DNA of 64,000 nt from Setoptus koraiensis (lineage: Eukaryota; Animalia; Arthropoda), in the NCBI GenBank assembly GCA_048013815.1, contig CM106586.1:22258001-22322000 (forward strand), given 5' to 3'. Positions 48,697 to 61,327 of this stretch are shown here, piece after piece (position 1 is the first letter of the stretch; every line of letters starts with the position of its first letter). The notes beneath the pieces were generated by a model, which had not been told where the DNA came from, searched no databases, and saw only the letters and a list, made by a program, of their open reading frames with translations. The translations under genes were made by a program, and so were the position numbers.

Positions 48697-50695
48697 TCTC
48701 CTTTTTGAGCCATTAGATTGGTGTTTGCGTTTGAGCTGTGGCGCTCGCAAAAAGCCAATTACTACGACCAACACACAAAATTGATATCTACATGATTACA
48801 TTACACAACAAACAATTACTCAGGCGACAAGAAAACGACATGGGCCCCATATTGAGAGATAAGTTACAAGATTGTTTACAAGACGAAGACGAAGCTATAA
48901 AAATTGCAGTGCGCGGCGCGCACCAAGCAGACACATTCAATCACGTTGCTAGATTAGTTACAGTTAGCTATTAGTTGGTTGCGTCCATGTATCCACTGAA
49001 TAAGATATGCCCACCAACAGTGGACCGGTCGGCTGGGTATGTTGGGGCTTGGGGCCGCTTTGGTAATGAGACCCAATGATACACAATGAGGCCTGGCGCA
49101 AATATATTGCAGCGAGCCTCGTGCGAACTGAGCCCATAGCCCACTAAAGCAAGCCAATAAATTGGAAAAAAAGTTGGCTAGCACAGTGAACGGATGAGAT
49201 CACATAGTTGTTGTTGCTGCTGCTGTTGTGATTTATGTAATATGCCTTCATGTATTACATAACATTATCTGGCGCGTATAGCGGATTGTTGGCTGACGAC
49301 GCGAGCCCAGAGCGAACGAGCGAGCGAGAGAGAGAGAGAGAGAGGGGCCACGTTTAGGCCCGTCGTGGTCGCGCCTCTTGGGCTCCACGTCGCTCGTTGT
49401 TATCTGTCCGTTTATCTGTGTGTGTGTGTCTTGCCAAGTTGCCATGTTGAGCGGCGACTTTTATTGTGATCGAGTGTGGGCATATTACAGTAAGTAAGGA
49501 GGCCCCCCCCCGTATAGTAACGGCAATGTAGTTTTGCAATTTAACTACAATGTCGGCGTCATATATTTCTGGCTGGCTTTCTCACTGGCCCGCTGGCTTC
49601 TGGCTGGCAGAAATATCGTAAGTCGCATGTGCCAGATTCATCTTGGCTTTCATATCCATATCCATATATATATATGGATATGTTTCTAAGCTACAGTACA
49701 GTGCACAACAGTTTTATGCGGGCGCCGATGACAGCGGCCGACTTGGCCATTTCATTTTTTCGCGCTGTCGCGCCATTTATTCCATTTGGGGCCACCGCCG
49801 TCGCCGCCGATCGCTCGCCCGCTGGCCCCCGGCTGCTGGCCGTTGTCGCATAACGCACAAACTCAAGACGGTGCTCGTGCGTGTGTGTGTGCCGACAGTT
49901 GGCCAGACATTGAAACAAATGGGCCCGAGCCGGGTCCGACTGTTGGGCGCCAGCCGGAGAGGCCAGCCGAGGGGGCCAGCGAAAGGTTGTTTGCGTTGAG
50001 GATTGATGATGGACATGAGCGAGCGAGGGCCCGCGAAAACACCAACAAATACCCCTGGGTGCCGCCAACTGGCTGGCCGGCACAGCAATTGCCAAGACGA
50101 CCGAAGGCACCGAATGAATAATTGCGATTGGAACAAACTGCTACAAAGTCGCCAGCAATTTACCATGTCTCTGGCATGACCACCACAGCGCGGCCCCACT
50201 TTCGAGCGGGCGCAGCTAGTTTGCATAGGTTGCGGCGAGCGGCGAGCGGCGCGCTGAAGAGCAGCGCCCAAATGGGCAATTCGGCCCCAATCAGGGCCCC
50301 AAATCGATGGCACTTTGGCAACGGTTGGCCAGCGGACAAGCCAACGAATGACAGCAAAAGCTGTTAGTTTGAGCTGTGAATACGGGCACCCATCGTGGCG
50401 GTCGTTTTTTATGTCGGCCTGATACTGTTATGATTTATATTTTCCTCTCTCTCTCTCCAGTCGCTCACAATTGATAGTCACGCGCCCCGCGCCACAGTCG
50501 AGACGACGCTGATCTTTTTGTCGCTGGCCCCGTGCAAACTCAGCAACCGGCGCGGCGCGGCTCGGTCAGCTTGCCACGGGCAGCGCTGACAGTGCAGCGC
50601 CGAGACCAAACTGCCAAGGTCGGCCGCGCCGCAAACTCACTTACGCCGGCGGCTTGCCGCGAACCTGTCGTGCGAACTCCGAACCTTCCGACGCT

Positions 50696-50759
50696 TCGAA
50701 CGCCTCGAACGCCTCGAACGCCTCGAACGCCTCGAAGAACGACTCGAACGACTCGAACG
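50696..50759. repeat. 9-bp tandem repeat TCGAACG(C/A)C
   Basis: Direct reading; ~6 copies with one interruption. Confidence 0.85.
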
Positions 50760-53368
50760 CCGGGCCGGCCAGCTTCGAGCGACCGCGGGCGAGCGCCAAA
50801 CAAGCTCGCGCCCACGGGCCAGATCTAATCTGCTCGGGCCTCACGCCTGCCGGGACAAAGACCAAACCAACCAAAGATGCAGCCTGCGAGATCTCGACGC
50901 CCTGTTCACCTGTGCGCGGACGAGAGCGACACATAGTGGCGAGCTCGAGCCGGCGATGCGAAGTTGACAATTTAAAGGGGCCAAAATTTCGGACTGGTGC
51001 GTCGGGCGAGCCGGCGCCGCTCGGGTTCGGCCGGAACCCCGATCTGTGCCGGCTCCCGTGAACCAGCGAGCGACCGCTGTCGGGGCGTGCAAGTTGGCGC
51101 TACAAAATTTGCAGTTGCCGCCGTTGCTGTTGGGCCGGCCGGCCAGCGAACGTGATCGCCAGTCGACCGACTCACGCCAGTGGCCGCGGTAATTTCATAA
51201 TGGGGACCCGAGTCGCCGCCGCCGACAGCAAACAAATCCTGTTTGAGGCGCCCCCAAACAATAGTGCGAGACAGTTGTCAGTGGTGGCCGAGGCAAAAAA
51301 GAAGCGCGGCGCTCAAAGCGACCGCACCACCAACTTGGCGATGATCGATCGAATGATTACAATCATTAATATTGTTATTTTTTAGTTGGTCGCGCAAAAC
51401 GATTCGCGCAACGTGCCAATGAGGCCCGCTGGCGCGCTACATGGGCGCGCTCGCGTCGAGCCGGCCGCATCGGGCAGCCGCAACGACTAGGTGTCTTCAA
51501 GTACTCACCTATGACGCGTCAATGGAGTGTGCGAACGGCATTGTGTGCGTGCGTGCGTGTGTGTGTTGCCAGGCCATTATTTGTGGTTATCGTCGGGCCG
51601 CATCTAGCCGCTCGAATTGGGGCCACATCTCGGCGGTATCTTGATCTGAGCAGGTTGCGATGCCGAGAGAGATGCGGCGAGCGATCAGAAATCTCTTTCG
51701 CCTTTGAGCCTTCGCACCTCCGCGCCTCCGCGTCTTCGAGCCTCCGGGGCTCCGGGCCTCGGGGCCTTCGGGCCCGCGAGCCCCCGAGCCCTTGAACATC
51801 CAAATTCAAACTTCGCCGGATCGGCTGCCAGACGCACCGCAACGGCGCGGCCCCAAGATGGCCACGCCCATGCGTGCAGTGAACTGGCCGGCAGCGGCGG
51901 CGGCGGGGGCCAGGCTGGCCGTTATTTGCTGTGCCGCTGTCCGTTTGTGCGGCTTGTATTACACAGGTTGCACACACGAGCAGCACGAGTTATATAACAC
52001 AACTTGTACAACATTGTTATGTAATAAAGGTAGCAGTGGCATGATGCGGCGATAAAACATAACGCAGCGCAACACAACAACGGCGCACGTACTACGCGTT
52101 CGTGTTGACGTTGCCGCTGCTGGCCAGTTCGCTGGCGAGCTGGCGAGTTGGCGAGCTGCGCAAAGCAAACACACAATGAGATAATAACTTTTTTGCTGCC
52201 GATCCGCTCCCCGCAGCTCGCGCGCGCACACACACACACGCACACACAAACCGGATATACATGTGCATAGTGGCGCGCATTGTTTACCGCCAGGGTTCGC
52301 CGGGCAGCTTCGTCGGAGTTTTTATTTGAGTTTTATCGTCGTCGATATGCTGCAATTTTGTCTGGCTCAATGGGCACGATCGAGTCGCCGCCGCCGCCGC
52401 TGGCCAACCGGATAGTCGCGCACTGACAAGAGGCCAGGCGCGGCCGGCACGAATCATTGATTCGCACTGGCCGAGCGAGCAGTTTAAAATGAAGCCGATG
52501 CCGACTCGACCGAGCTGCCCGTCCCCGCTCCGGCGGGCCGCCTCGCGCGGGACGTGGGCCCGATGCGCGATCGAGATAGCACGCCAGCGCTGCGCACTGT
52601 GCCGACACGACTATCGTGTGCTCATTGGTGTGTACGTTTGATCGATTGCAATAATGATCGGCGCCCCGCGATTCGGGCTAGGCGCACCAGCCAACAAGCA
52701 CCAGCCACCAGCCTGCAACCAAAACCAACAAGAACAGTCAACAACGGCCCACAATGGCAGCCAACAACAACGGCAACGGCCGTGCCGACAACCAGAGCGC
52801 CCCCTTTGAGTGTGTCCTTTCCGCTGAATTGTTGTTGCCATTGTTGCCGCTCAAAACCCATTGTGCGCCCATTCAGTTTGCAACTCAAAAGGTGCCCGCC
52901 AGTCGCCAGTGCGGGGGAGTCGCCCCCCTCCCCCCAACGCACCATAAGGCACTGCGCTAATGATCTTGTGGGCGGCCTTGGGGCCCCGCGCCCAGGCGCC
53001 GGCACCAATGAGCGGTGAAACGAGCGAGCGAGCGAGCAACTTTGCGCGACTGCCACTGCAAATGCTCGCAAAACGCTGCTCGCTGTTTATCTTTCTGGCA
53101 GCTTCTCTCTTGGGCCGGCGACAAAGCGGGGCCCCAATGATGATGTAGCCACCTTTAGTGTGCACGCGGTAGCTACGTGGCGCCGTTGACGGTGCGCTAC
53201 CGTGCGCCACCGCTTCAATGTTGTCCTACGACTAGAACAGGTACACACACTGGCGAGGCGTGATTTTAATGATGATGCAACCAACACACTGCTCACTGCC
53301 ACTGCCACTGCCACCAGGCGACACATTAAACACACTGTGCGAGATAAACACTGTGCGGGGGCCAGCAA

Positions 53369-53440
53369 TTTGTTGTTGTTGTTGTTGTTGTTGTTGCTGC
53401 TGTTGTTGTTGTCGTTGTTGTCGTTGTTGTCGTTGTTGTT
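53369..53440. repeat. (TTG/CTG/TCG)n triplet microsatellite
   Basis: Direct reading. Confidence 0.9.
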
Positions 53441-56400
53441 GCCAGCACGCACGAAGGTCCATTCAATTAGAATTATCTCCGGCGCGGCCAGGGCCCCACC
53501 AACTGGGGCCGGGGTGGGGGCCGCTAATCTGACGGTAAATATTTGACGCCATAAACTCGTCTGGCGCGAGCCTGCCGCTAGTCGCCGCGCTGCCCGCCGA
53601 CAGCGGCCCGACGCAAGCTACGCGCCGGGCGCCTTTCAGCGGCGCCACAAACGTGAGAGTTGCGCTGTTGCCGGATTACATAAATGAGAGCTCATAAATT
53701 TTTAAAATCTCGCAGCCGGCCGCTCGGCTCGGCCCCATTTGGGGAGAGGCGCGACTCTGGGGCCGCTCGGTGCACGGCTCCTTTATAGGTGCTTTTATTC
53801 AAATTGGAGCTTCGAACTGGGCCGAATGGGGGCGAATTGGGCCAAATTGGAGCAAATTGGCCGGCGGAGGGCATTGTTTATGTATGTGCGAGCATCAAGT
53901 GTCCAATACGTTCGCACAGCCGGGGCCCGGCCAACAAGATTGCGCTCTGTTTATGTATGCTGCTGGACCGGCCGGACGCCGAGCGGACACCGGGGCCAGG
54001 CCGCGCGCTGCACGGTTCATCCGGACGGGCGCACGACAACTTATAAACGGAATAATGATCAACATTAAAATCCAAACCGCTGGCCCGCCGCCTGAGGCCC
54101 GGCCAATCGAATCAATCAAAGCCGGCCGGCCGAGATATATGACACTACTGACACACTCTCCGTGCGTCTGGCTGCAAATGATGCAATGATTGTGTCTATG
54201 CGGCCGCCCATATTTTCCCAGTTGACCGGTCCGATCGTGCTGGCAAATATTCAACCCACTGGTCAGCATTGTGTGCTGATGGAGCCGGTAACAATGCCGG
54301 CCGGCCGGCCGGCCATTTATAATGGACTGGCCGTAATCGCGCGCGGACAGGTTATGTGTGGGGGGCTGGTTGTTGTGTGACCAGCAGCCAGGTAACCGAT
54401 TTGCCGCTAGTTTAGACACAGTGTTTAGCTGTCGGCCAGCGGTTATCGGCGCGGCCAGTCGCGACCCATATCGCACCGTCGCCGCTGCTGCTGCTGGTAC
54501 CGCTAGCTGGGCCCGCTAGCTTGGGCCGCAGCGCGCCGGCAGCGGACGCAAAACAGAGCGGGCACAGAAAAATGGGCGCCAGGCACGTCAGCGGGCCGCC
54601 ATTATTATCATTACTATTATTATTACTATTATTACTATCATCATTACTGCGCTGCAGTTATATAATATAACAGTTATATACATACACAATAATATGGGGC
54701 CGCTCGAGCGGCCAACAGTCAATATAATCTCGCCCCTTGTTGACGTCCAGTGTTGCTGTCGTCGTCGGCGACACTGGCACACGCTCCTATTGCCCTTGTG
54801 CGCTGGCAACTCAATATTGGGGCCCGCTATTAGTGTGCCATGACAAAGATATCAAAAATGAGTGCCGTTGCAACTCTGTGCCGCTCTCACGTACATAACG
54901 CTGTCGCCGCTATTACGTATAACGCTGTTGCCGCCTGTTACGTAGGCGCACAGGTAACAGTGGCCCCACTGGCGAGCACACTGGCGAGGGTACGAGTTTG
55001 CGCCTCGGCTTACCTGCTCCGCGCTACCCCTCGCTCGGTCGTAAGCCCGCTTGCCCGTTTGCCCACGAGCCAGCGAGCCCACAACAAACAAATACATATA
55101 GGCGCTTTCAGCGCTTTCATCGCGCCCTCGACAGCTCAGCCGGTTTGATGGAGCCAACGGGCAGCGGCGACAATTTTACACTGGCGAACATATTAAAAGG
55201 CACCAACGACAACGACAAAGACGCTGTCCGAGCGGGCCCATTGTGCGACCGGGCCGCACCACCAGCGGCTCTCTCAAGTAGCTGCCAGTGGTATTAGAAT
55301 TAATTGCATTGATGCTGGCTGTCGGCCAGTCTGGCCAGCGCACCCGCACACGCCGGGCTCACCTGGCCGCAGTGAATAAAGGGCGCTTAATAAAAGAAAT
55401 AGAGTGAGGCCGGCCGGTGGGCCAAAGTGACAATATAGGTGTCTCGAGGTGTGCCCAGCTCGGGCCGGCCGACAGGTGGCGCACAAATGAAAATGCATTG
55501 TTTATTCTTGGTGATATATCATTATTATTATTGTGTTGTTGTTGTCAACAGCGCCGCCCGCCGCCAGCCACTGCTCCGGCGAGCCGGCCGCCAGCCGAAA
55601 GCAGCATCAACAACAAGCATCGGCATCAACAACAAGCGTCGGCATCAACAACAAGCGTCGGCCAGCGCCGGTTTGTTATTTACATTTTTTATCCGCACTA
55701 GGCCGCCTCGAGGCGCAATAATAATGCAATCATAGTGCAGCTAACGACCATCAGACTATTAGCTCACTGTCCACTTGGTGCAGCCGTCAACTCGATGCAC
55801 CCGCGCGCCGGATGTATCGCCACGGGCCATGTGCCAAAGCGATGCGGACCAAGAAAGACGCCGCACCTATGAGACGGGGGCCGTCGTTCATCAAACGGGG
55901 CCCCCTTAATTATCTCTGGCCATTTGAACTTTTTGCAGTTTTTAAGCCGGCGCGCAAATTAAACACGCGCGCACACGCCCGCGCGATTCGCCCTAATACC
56001 CGCCAGCAGCGCCGCTCGCTACTAGCGGCAGCGCTGGTAGCCGCCAGAGAGGCCCCTCTTCGCACTTGCAGCTTCCAAGAAGCTCAAGAGGCTTAGAGGC
56101 ACCGATACAGCCACCATTAAGTCGTCGGCGAGCGTATTGTGCCACAACAAGTGCGACTTGCCAAGAATTTGCTTGCATGCAAATTCCAATACAATAATAT
56201 GATGGCGGTAATACCTACAACGACAATGCCAATACCGTCCCGCTGCCCGGGCTGACCACCGCCGACACACGCTCGGCCAGCTGTGGTCGCCGCGCCCGCC
56301 GCTCCGCATAGCCGGGCCCTGCACAGCGCGCATGGCACAGCTTGCAGGATAATCGGGCTTGCTGGGGCCAGCCAGCCTCACCGTTGGCCAGGGCTGTTGT

Positions 56401-57025
56401 TTGGCCCGGCCGAACGGATCGGCCCTCGAAGCTCGCCGCGCCGCTGTGCCTCCGAGCGAACAGTTGCAACGCCAGCTTTGCGCTTGTGTTTGCTCAACGC
56501 GCTGTGTGCACGCTGCTCGCCACTCGTGAGCCGACCGATCCGCTGGTTCCTCCGCCGCTCGTCACGTCATGCGAACCTGCATTCCGGCGGCCCCTTCAGC
56601 ATGGACGCCGTCATTGCTTGCCCCCTTCGACATTCAATCGATGATTGGCGGCAATATGCGCGCCCCCGGCCCAGCCGCACAATGGCAAACACAATGGTCC
56701 CACGCAGTGTGCTGTATCCGTAGTGTGGCACGAGCAAAAGGGTTCACCTTGCCAATTTATGATCGCCTCGGCAAGATTCTGGCGAGCAAGCAATCAGGTG
56801 AGGGCGCACAGTTGAGCGCTGTGCATACAGTAGTTGATTTGATTCGCTGCTGCTGCCGCTGCTGTTGGCACTGGCCAAGGTGAACCCGCGCGGGCGCGCG
56901 CGCCCCCCTCGAGGCCGGCCCGGGCACCAGACTAGTGGAGGCTGAGGGGGCGACCGCGACTGCGCACTGGTGCGCATTGGGCGCCATTGGCAGGCTAACA
57001 AGTGTACGACGGGGGACGCGCGAGG

Positions 57026-57092
57026 GAATTGGGCAACGAGTCGGAATTGGGGAACGAGGCAGAATTGGGGAACGAGACGGAATTGGGGAATG
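57026..57092. repeat. 18-bp G-rich tandem repeat with GAATTGGGGAACGAG core x4
   Basis: Direct reading. Confidence 0.85.
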
Positions 57093-57988
57093 CAGCGAGG
57101 GGGCAGCAGCTCGCCAGCGAGCGGCGGACACGACAGGAATGCGAGGTGGGGGGGGGGCATTCAGAGCGAACTGTGCACAGCCAACAGTCTGGTGGAAGTC
57201 TATGCCGCACACTGTTGGTCTTGTGGGGCGCACAAGACAGCGTACGCTAGGGCGAGGGGGCGAGGGCCAATGGTGGGGATAGGATGGAAACGACGAGCAG
57301 TTGCGTTGTTAAAAATGCATTGGCGTTACGCTAACGCTGCAGCAGCAGCAGTGTGCGTACTTGAGGGGGGCAATATAGTGCATTAGCAGGGGGTGCGCGT
57401 GTTTTTATCTGTGTGCGCGCACTGTTTTCCCCTGGCGACTGGGGGCTATTAGTCAGCGCACTGCTGCCAGTTGCTCGCCAAAATCGTCTGCACAGTGAAT
57501 GCGTGTGTGCGTATTGTGCGTGTGTGTTCGCGAGCCAACGACGAATTGTTGTTCAGTGTGGCGCGCGGCGCAATCATTCGATTTGTGCATCGTCTAATTT
57601 TCATTAGCATCAAGCTAGCCCGCTAGTTGGCTCCTCGTTCTATTTCGCCATCGCTATCCGCGAATAACTCAGCACCCGCCATTTTATTATCCGCATTGCA
57701 CAAATAGCAATACAAACAGATATATATACACATATTATAATATATATGTATATATATATTTGTGTGAATATATATATATATATATTATGAAAATAGTTAT
57801 ACAACACACACACATATATCACGGACCTTTTATACGTATAGCCGAGCAAATGTGGAAAGTGTAGATATTCCCCCGTACGCACATGCAGACGCACCAGATA
57901 TGCACACACACTCGACGGTTGCATCCACAATCAGCTGTTGAAGATAAAATCATTTCGACTGTTGAAGATATCACAAGAATAATCGCAC

Positions 57989-58079
57989 ACCGATACAGAG
58001 AACCGACACAGAGAACCGACACAGATAACCGATACAGAGAACCGATACAGAGAAGCGATACAGAGAACCGATACAGAGA
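57989..58079. repeat. 13-bp tandem repeat ACCGATACAGAGA x7
   Basis: Units in phase from 57989 to 58079. Confidence 0.92.
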
Positions 58080-60001
58080 AAAAGAGGAGCGAGGATGAAA
58101 AAATGAAATGATGAAACAACGACTCATATCGGCAGCAATCAGCAAGCAATAATCGCGAGCGTGCTTGCGTCAGTGCAAACCAATATAAAGTGTGTAACAG
58201 CATCACATGTCGTATCATATTCGAATTCAATAGCTAATTATTACTATTATTGCTAAACGCAATAACGTCAATAGGCCGCCAACAATTCAAACAGCTCGCT
58301 GATGCTGATGCTGCTGCCGCCGCCGAGCCCCAGCTTCATATAGATCACAAACAAACAAACACATACACGCACACGCTCGCAGCCAGCCATCTAGACGGCA
58401 AGCCAGCCAGCCAGCCAGTGAGCCAGACAGACAGACAAGCGGACAAACAAACGCGCAGACAGATAGATAAACAGTCGAAGAAGAGAGGCATCAATCAGGG
58501 CCAGCATCATTATTAGGCAGCAGAGAGAGGGCATTAAAGAGAAAAACTTTCCTCTTGACACATCATGACATCATCACTGCTTCTATTAATGCCACTCGCA
58601 CACACACACTACTCCTCCAAAATCAGCAATAGTGATGTAACAACGACTCTATGTAACAATTTGCAGCAACAGCAACAACAACAACATGCCCTCTAAGTGG
58701 GATTAGAAGCAAGCTAGCAAGCAGGAAACAGTAGCAGAAGCAGCAGCAGCAGCAGCAGTGTGGCTCACAACAAGAGTCATCATTATTTTCATTTATTCGC
58801 CTAATCGTCATTTCGCAGACAGAGAAATAATAAAAGCGAGCAGCATGACATTATGGGGCCCTAACATACTAGCCGTGCACTATTCGAATTATGTGAATGT
58901 GACATTATCAGCAGTGCCACGATTTTGCACCGATACAACAACGCGCTTACATAACCAACACACACGCTGCTCATCTAGATAATGTTCGCAACAGAGCAAG
59001 CGAGCAAGTGAGAAGAAAGAGCCAAGATTAATAATAATAATAATCATCATCATAATAATATAAAATAGAATAGAATAAAAAGAACACACACAACAAATAA
59101 GCAAAAATACGCGGCCAAGAAAGAGAGACGCCTTCCGTGGCGCCACTTAGAGAATCAATCTTCATAGTAGTGATACACGTTACACGCAAATATACTCGTT
59201 CGAACAAATAAATTATCGCCTCTACTATCACCGCAGCTCGCCACCACCAAGTATCAATAAACCAGCCTATCACACGACAATTTGATGGAAATCCGTCACT
59301 CCTAAATGCCGATACAGAATTAGAATGTGATATATGCATCCTCACTCGTTCAATTGTTTTTGTTACTGTTACTTTTGGCTACGTTCGCTTGTGCTTCGAA
59401 AACGATATAATAATAACAAATAGTAGTATCAAGTCATTTTATTACGTAATAACATCGTTACCATTACGAAGAAGAAGAAGAAGAAGAGCACGAAGAAGAG
59501 AAGATATCGCGACCAATAATAATAACATCTTTGATAAGCATCTAAAGTGAGCGCTACCTTAAGTGAAGGATAAGTGCAGATATTCCCAGAAGCTTGTGCT
59601 TTTTTTCTTTTATTTGTTATAGCAATCCTATCAAGTCTTTCATGCTACTGATGTATCCACGAGTCAGATCAAATGTTACTATCCAACGTTAGACTATCTC
59701 TCTTTATTTTAGCTGTTGGAGATACTAGACACACATTTATGTATATTGGCACTCAAGCGCACATACATGACAAGATATAGTGTATACAACAATTATGATG
59801 GCGTAACCTGATTTAATGGATATCATCATGCACACTTATTTAATAGAGAAACAATTCGATGTCGTCTTAACTGATCAGAATTTATTATCAACTTCGTCTA
59901 GTCAAGGAGTCAACTATAATTTTTACTGTCAGTTACACAACAAAGAATCATCATCAATACAACAATGAGTTTTGCAAGGCTAGTCAAGTAATATTCAGTT
60001 G

Positions 60002-60541
60002 ATGGCATTCAATCATCAATCAAATCACCGCCAACAACGCGGACTGGCCAGAACTACCAGTGTTTCAGCCACATCTCGTAAATTGTCAGCAACCCAAAAT
60101 TCTACAAATCTAAATGAAGATAATCCATTGAAGGACGACCCAACATTGGGGGAGCGTCAACATCTTCAGGAATCATACTCATTAGCAGCTCCACCGACAA
60201 CATCGGCTAGCAGTAATAATAATAGCAACCAATCATCCAATATAAATAGCCTATTTGCCAATCTATTTTCATCGTCGTCTACCGGGACCAATCAACAGCA
60301 ATCACTTCATGGTCAACAATCAAAAGAATCTGACTCTATTATTCAATTGACACAATCCTCAAATGCTAATCAGAACATGCTACCGCCCTCGTCGAATGCG
60401 GGGGCGTTGAGTCAAGTGAGTGATGGTCAGTTAGCTTTGCGCAACAATGTGTCAGCAAATAGTAGTCAAAATAATAAACAACGACAGCCGATGTGCCCAG
60501 AATGTGAAAAATCCTTACCCAATCAAATCGTATTCGACAAG
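60002..60541 (+). CDS. RGS7: RGS7/EGL-10 coding exon 1 (Ser/Asn/Gln-rich N-terminal extension ending ...PNQIVFDK)
   Basis: ATG at 60002, open to AAG|GTAATT donor after 60541 (phase 0); PNQIVFDK resembles the RGS7 PNMLVYRK motif preceding the DEP domain. The exact start codon is uncertain. Confidence 0.7.
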
Positions 60542-60637
60542 GTAATTATTGCTCATTATAGACATATTTTTTTTTTGCATAAGGATAGTTAACATTATCA
60601 AATTCTTCCACTGCACATTCTCTTCTTATCATGACAG

Positions 60638-61168
60638 ATTGAAGCTATCATACGATTGATGCAAGATGAACAAACTGGCGTTCCTGTTAGGACGGCCAAA
60701 AGCTTTATGTCCAAGATCCCTAGCGTTTTCACTGGTGTGGATCTCATTCAATGGATGATGAAGAACCTAAAATTAGATGATCAAACGGAGGCGCATCATC
60801 TGGCTAATCTAATAGCCTCACATGGTTATATTTTTCCTATCGAGGATCATACTTTGTCCATCAAAAATGATTGTACCTTCTATAGATTTCAGACACCTTG
60901 TCTTTGGCCATCTAACACCAACGATCCAGAGAACACTGATTATGCGGTTTATCTCTGCAAGAGAACCATGCAAGGTAAGACAAGACTAGAATTGGCCGAT
61001 TATGAAGCTGAAAATTTAGCCAGATTACAAAAGATGTTTTCGAGGAAATGGGAGTTTATATTTATGCAGGCAGAATCTCAAGCTAAAGTGGATAAAAAAC
61101 GTGACAAATTAGAGAGAAAAGTGCTTGATTCACAAGAGCGCGCCTTCTGGGACGTATACAGGCCTGTG
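60638..61168 (+). CDS. RGS7: RGS7 coding exon 2 (DEP + DHEX domains)
   Basis: Acceptor ATGACAG|ATT; [33 protein letters not shown]...YRFQTP...[16 protein letters not shown]...[14 protein letters not shown]; donor GTG|GTAAGT. Confidence 0.96.
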
Positions 61169-61327
61169 GTAAGTAGTTTTGTTACATCACAACATTGATC
61201 ACTTGATTGATGATGATTGAAATCATTCGAGATGAAAACCGTTGATATTATAATAATGTAACTAATAATCTCAATTAATCTTGCATCACATGATTGTTAC
61301 CGTTGCTCTGCTATTTTATACAAATAG

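Noticed and set aside
50819-50840. CCAGATCTAA matching the 5' end of miR-750
   Set aside because: The match ends after 10 nt and there is no complementary arm to form a precursor hairpin.
52947-52967. TAAGGCAC matching the miR-124 seed
   Set aside because: The remainder diverges from mature miR-124 and no hairpin is evident. By-eye scans for other conserved arthropod miRNAs, tRNAs and snRNAs were also negative.
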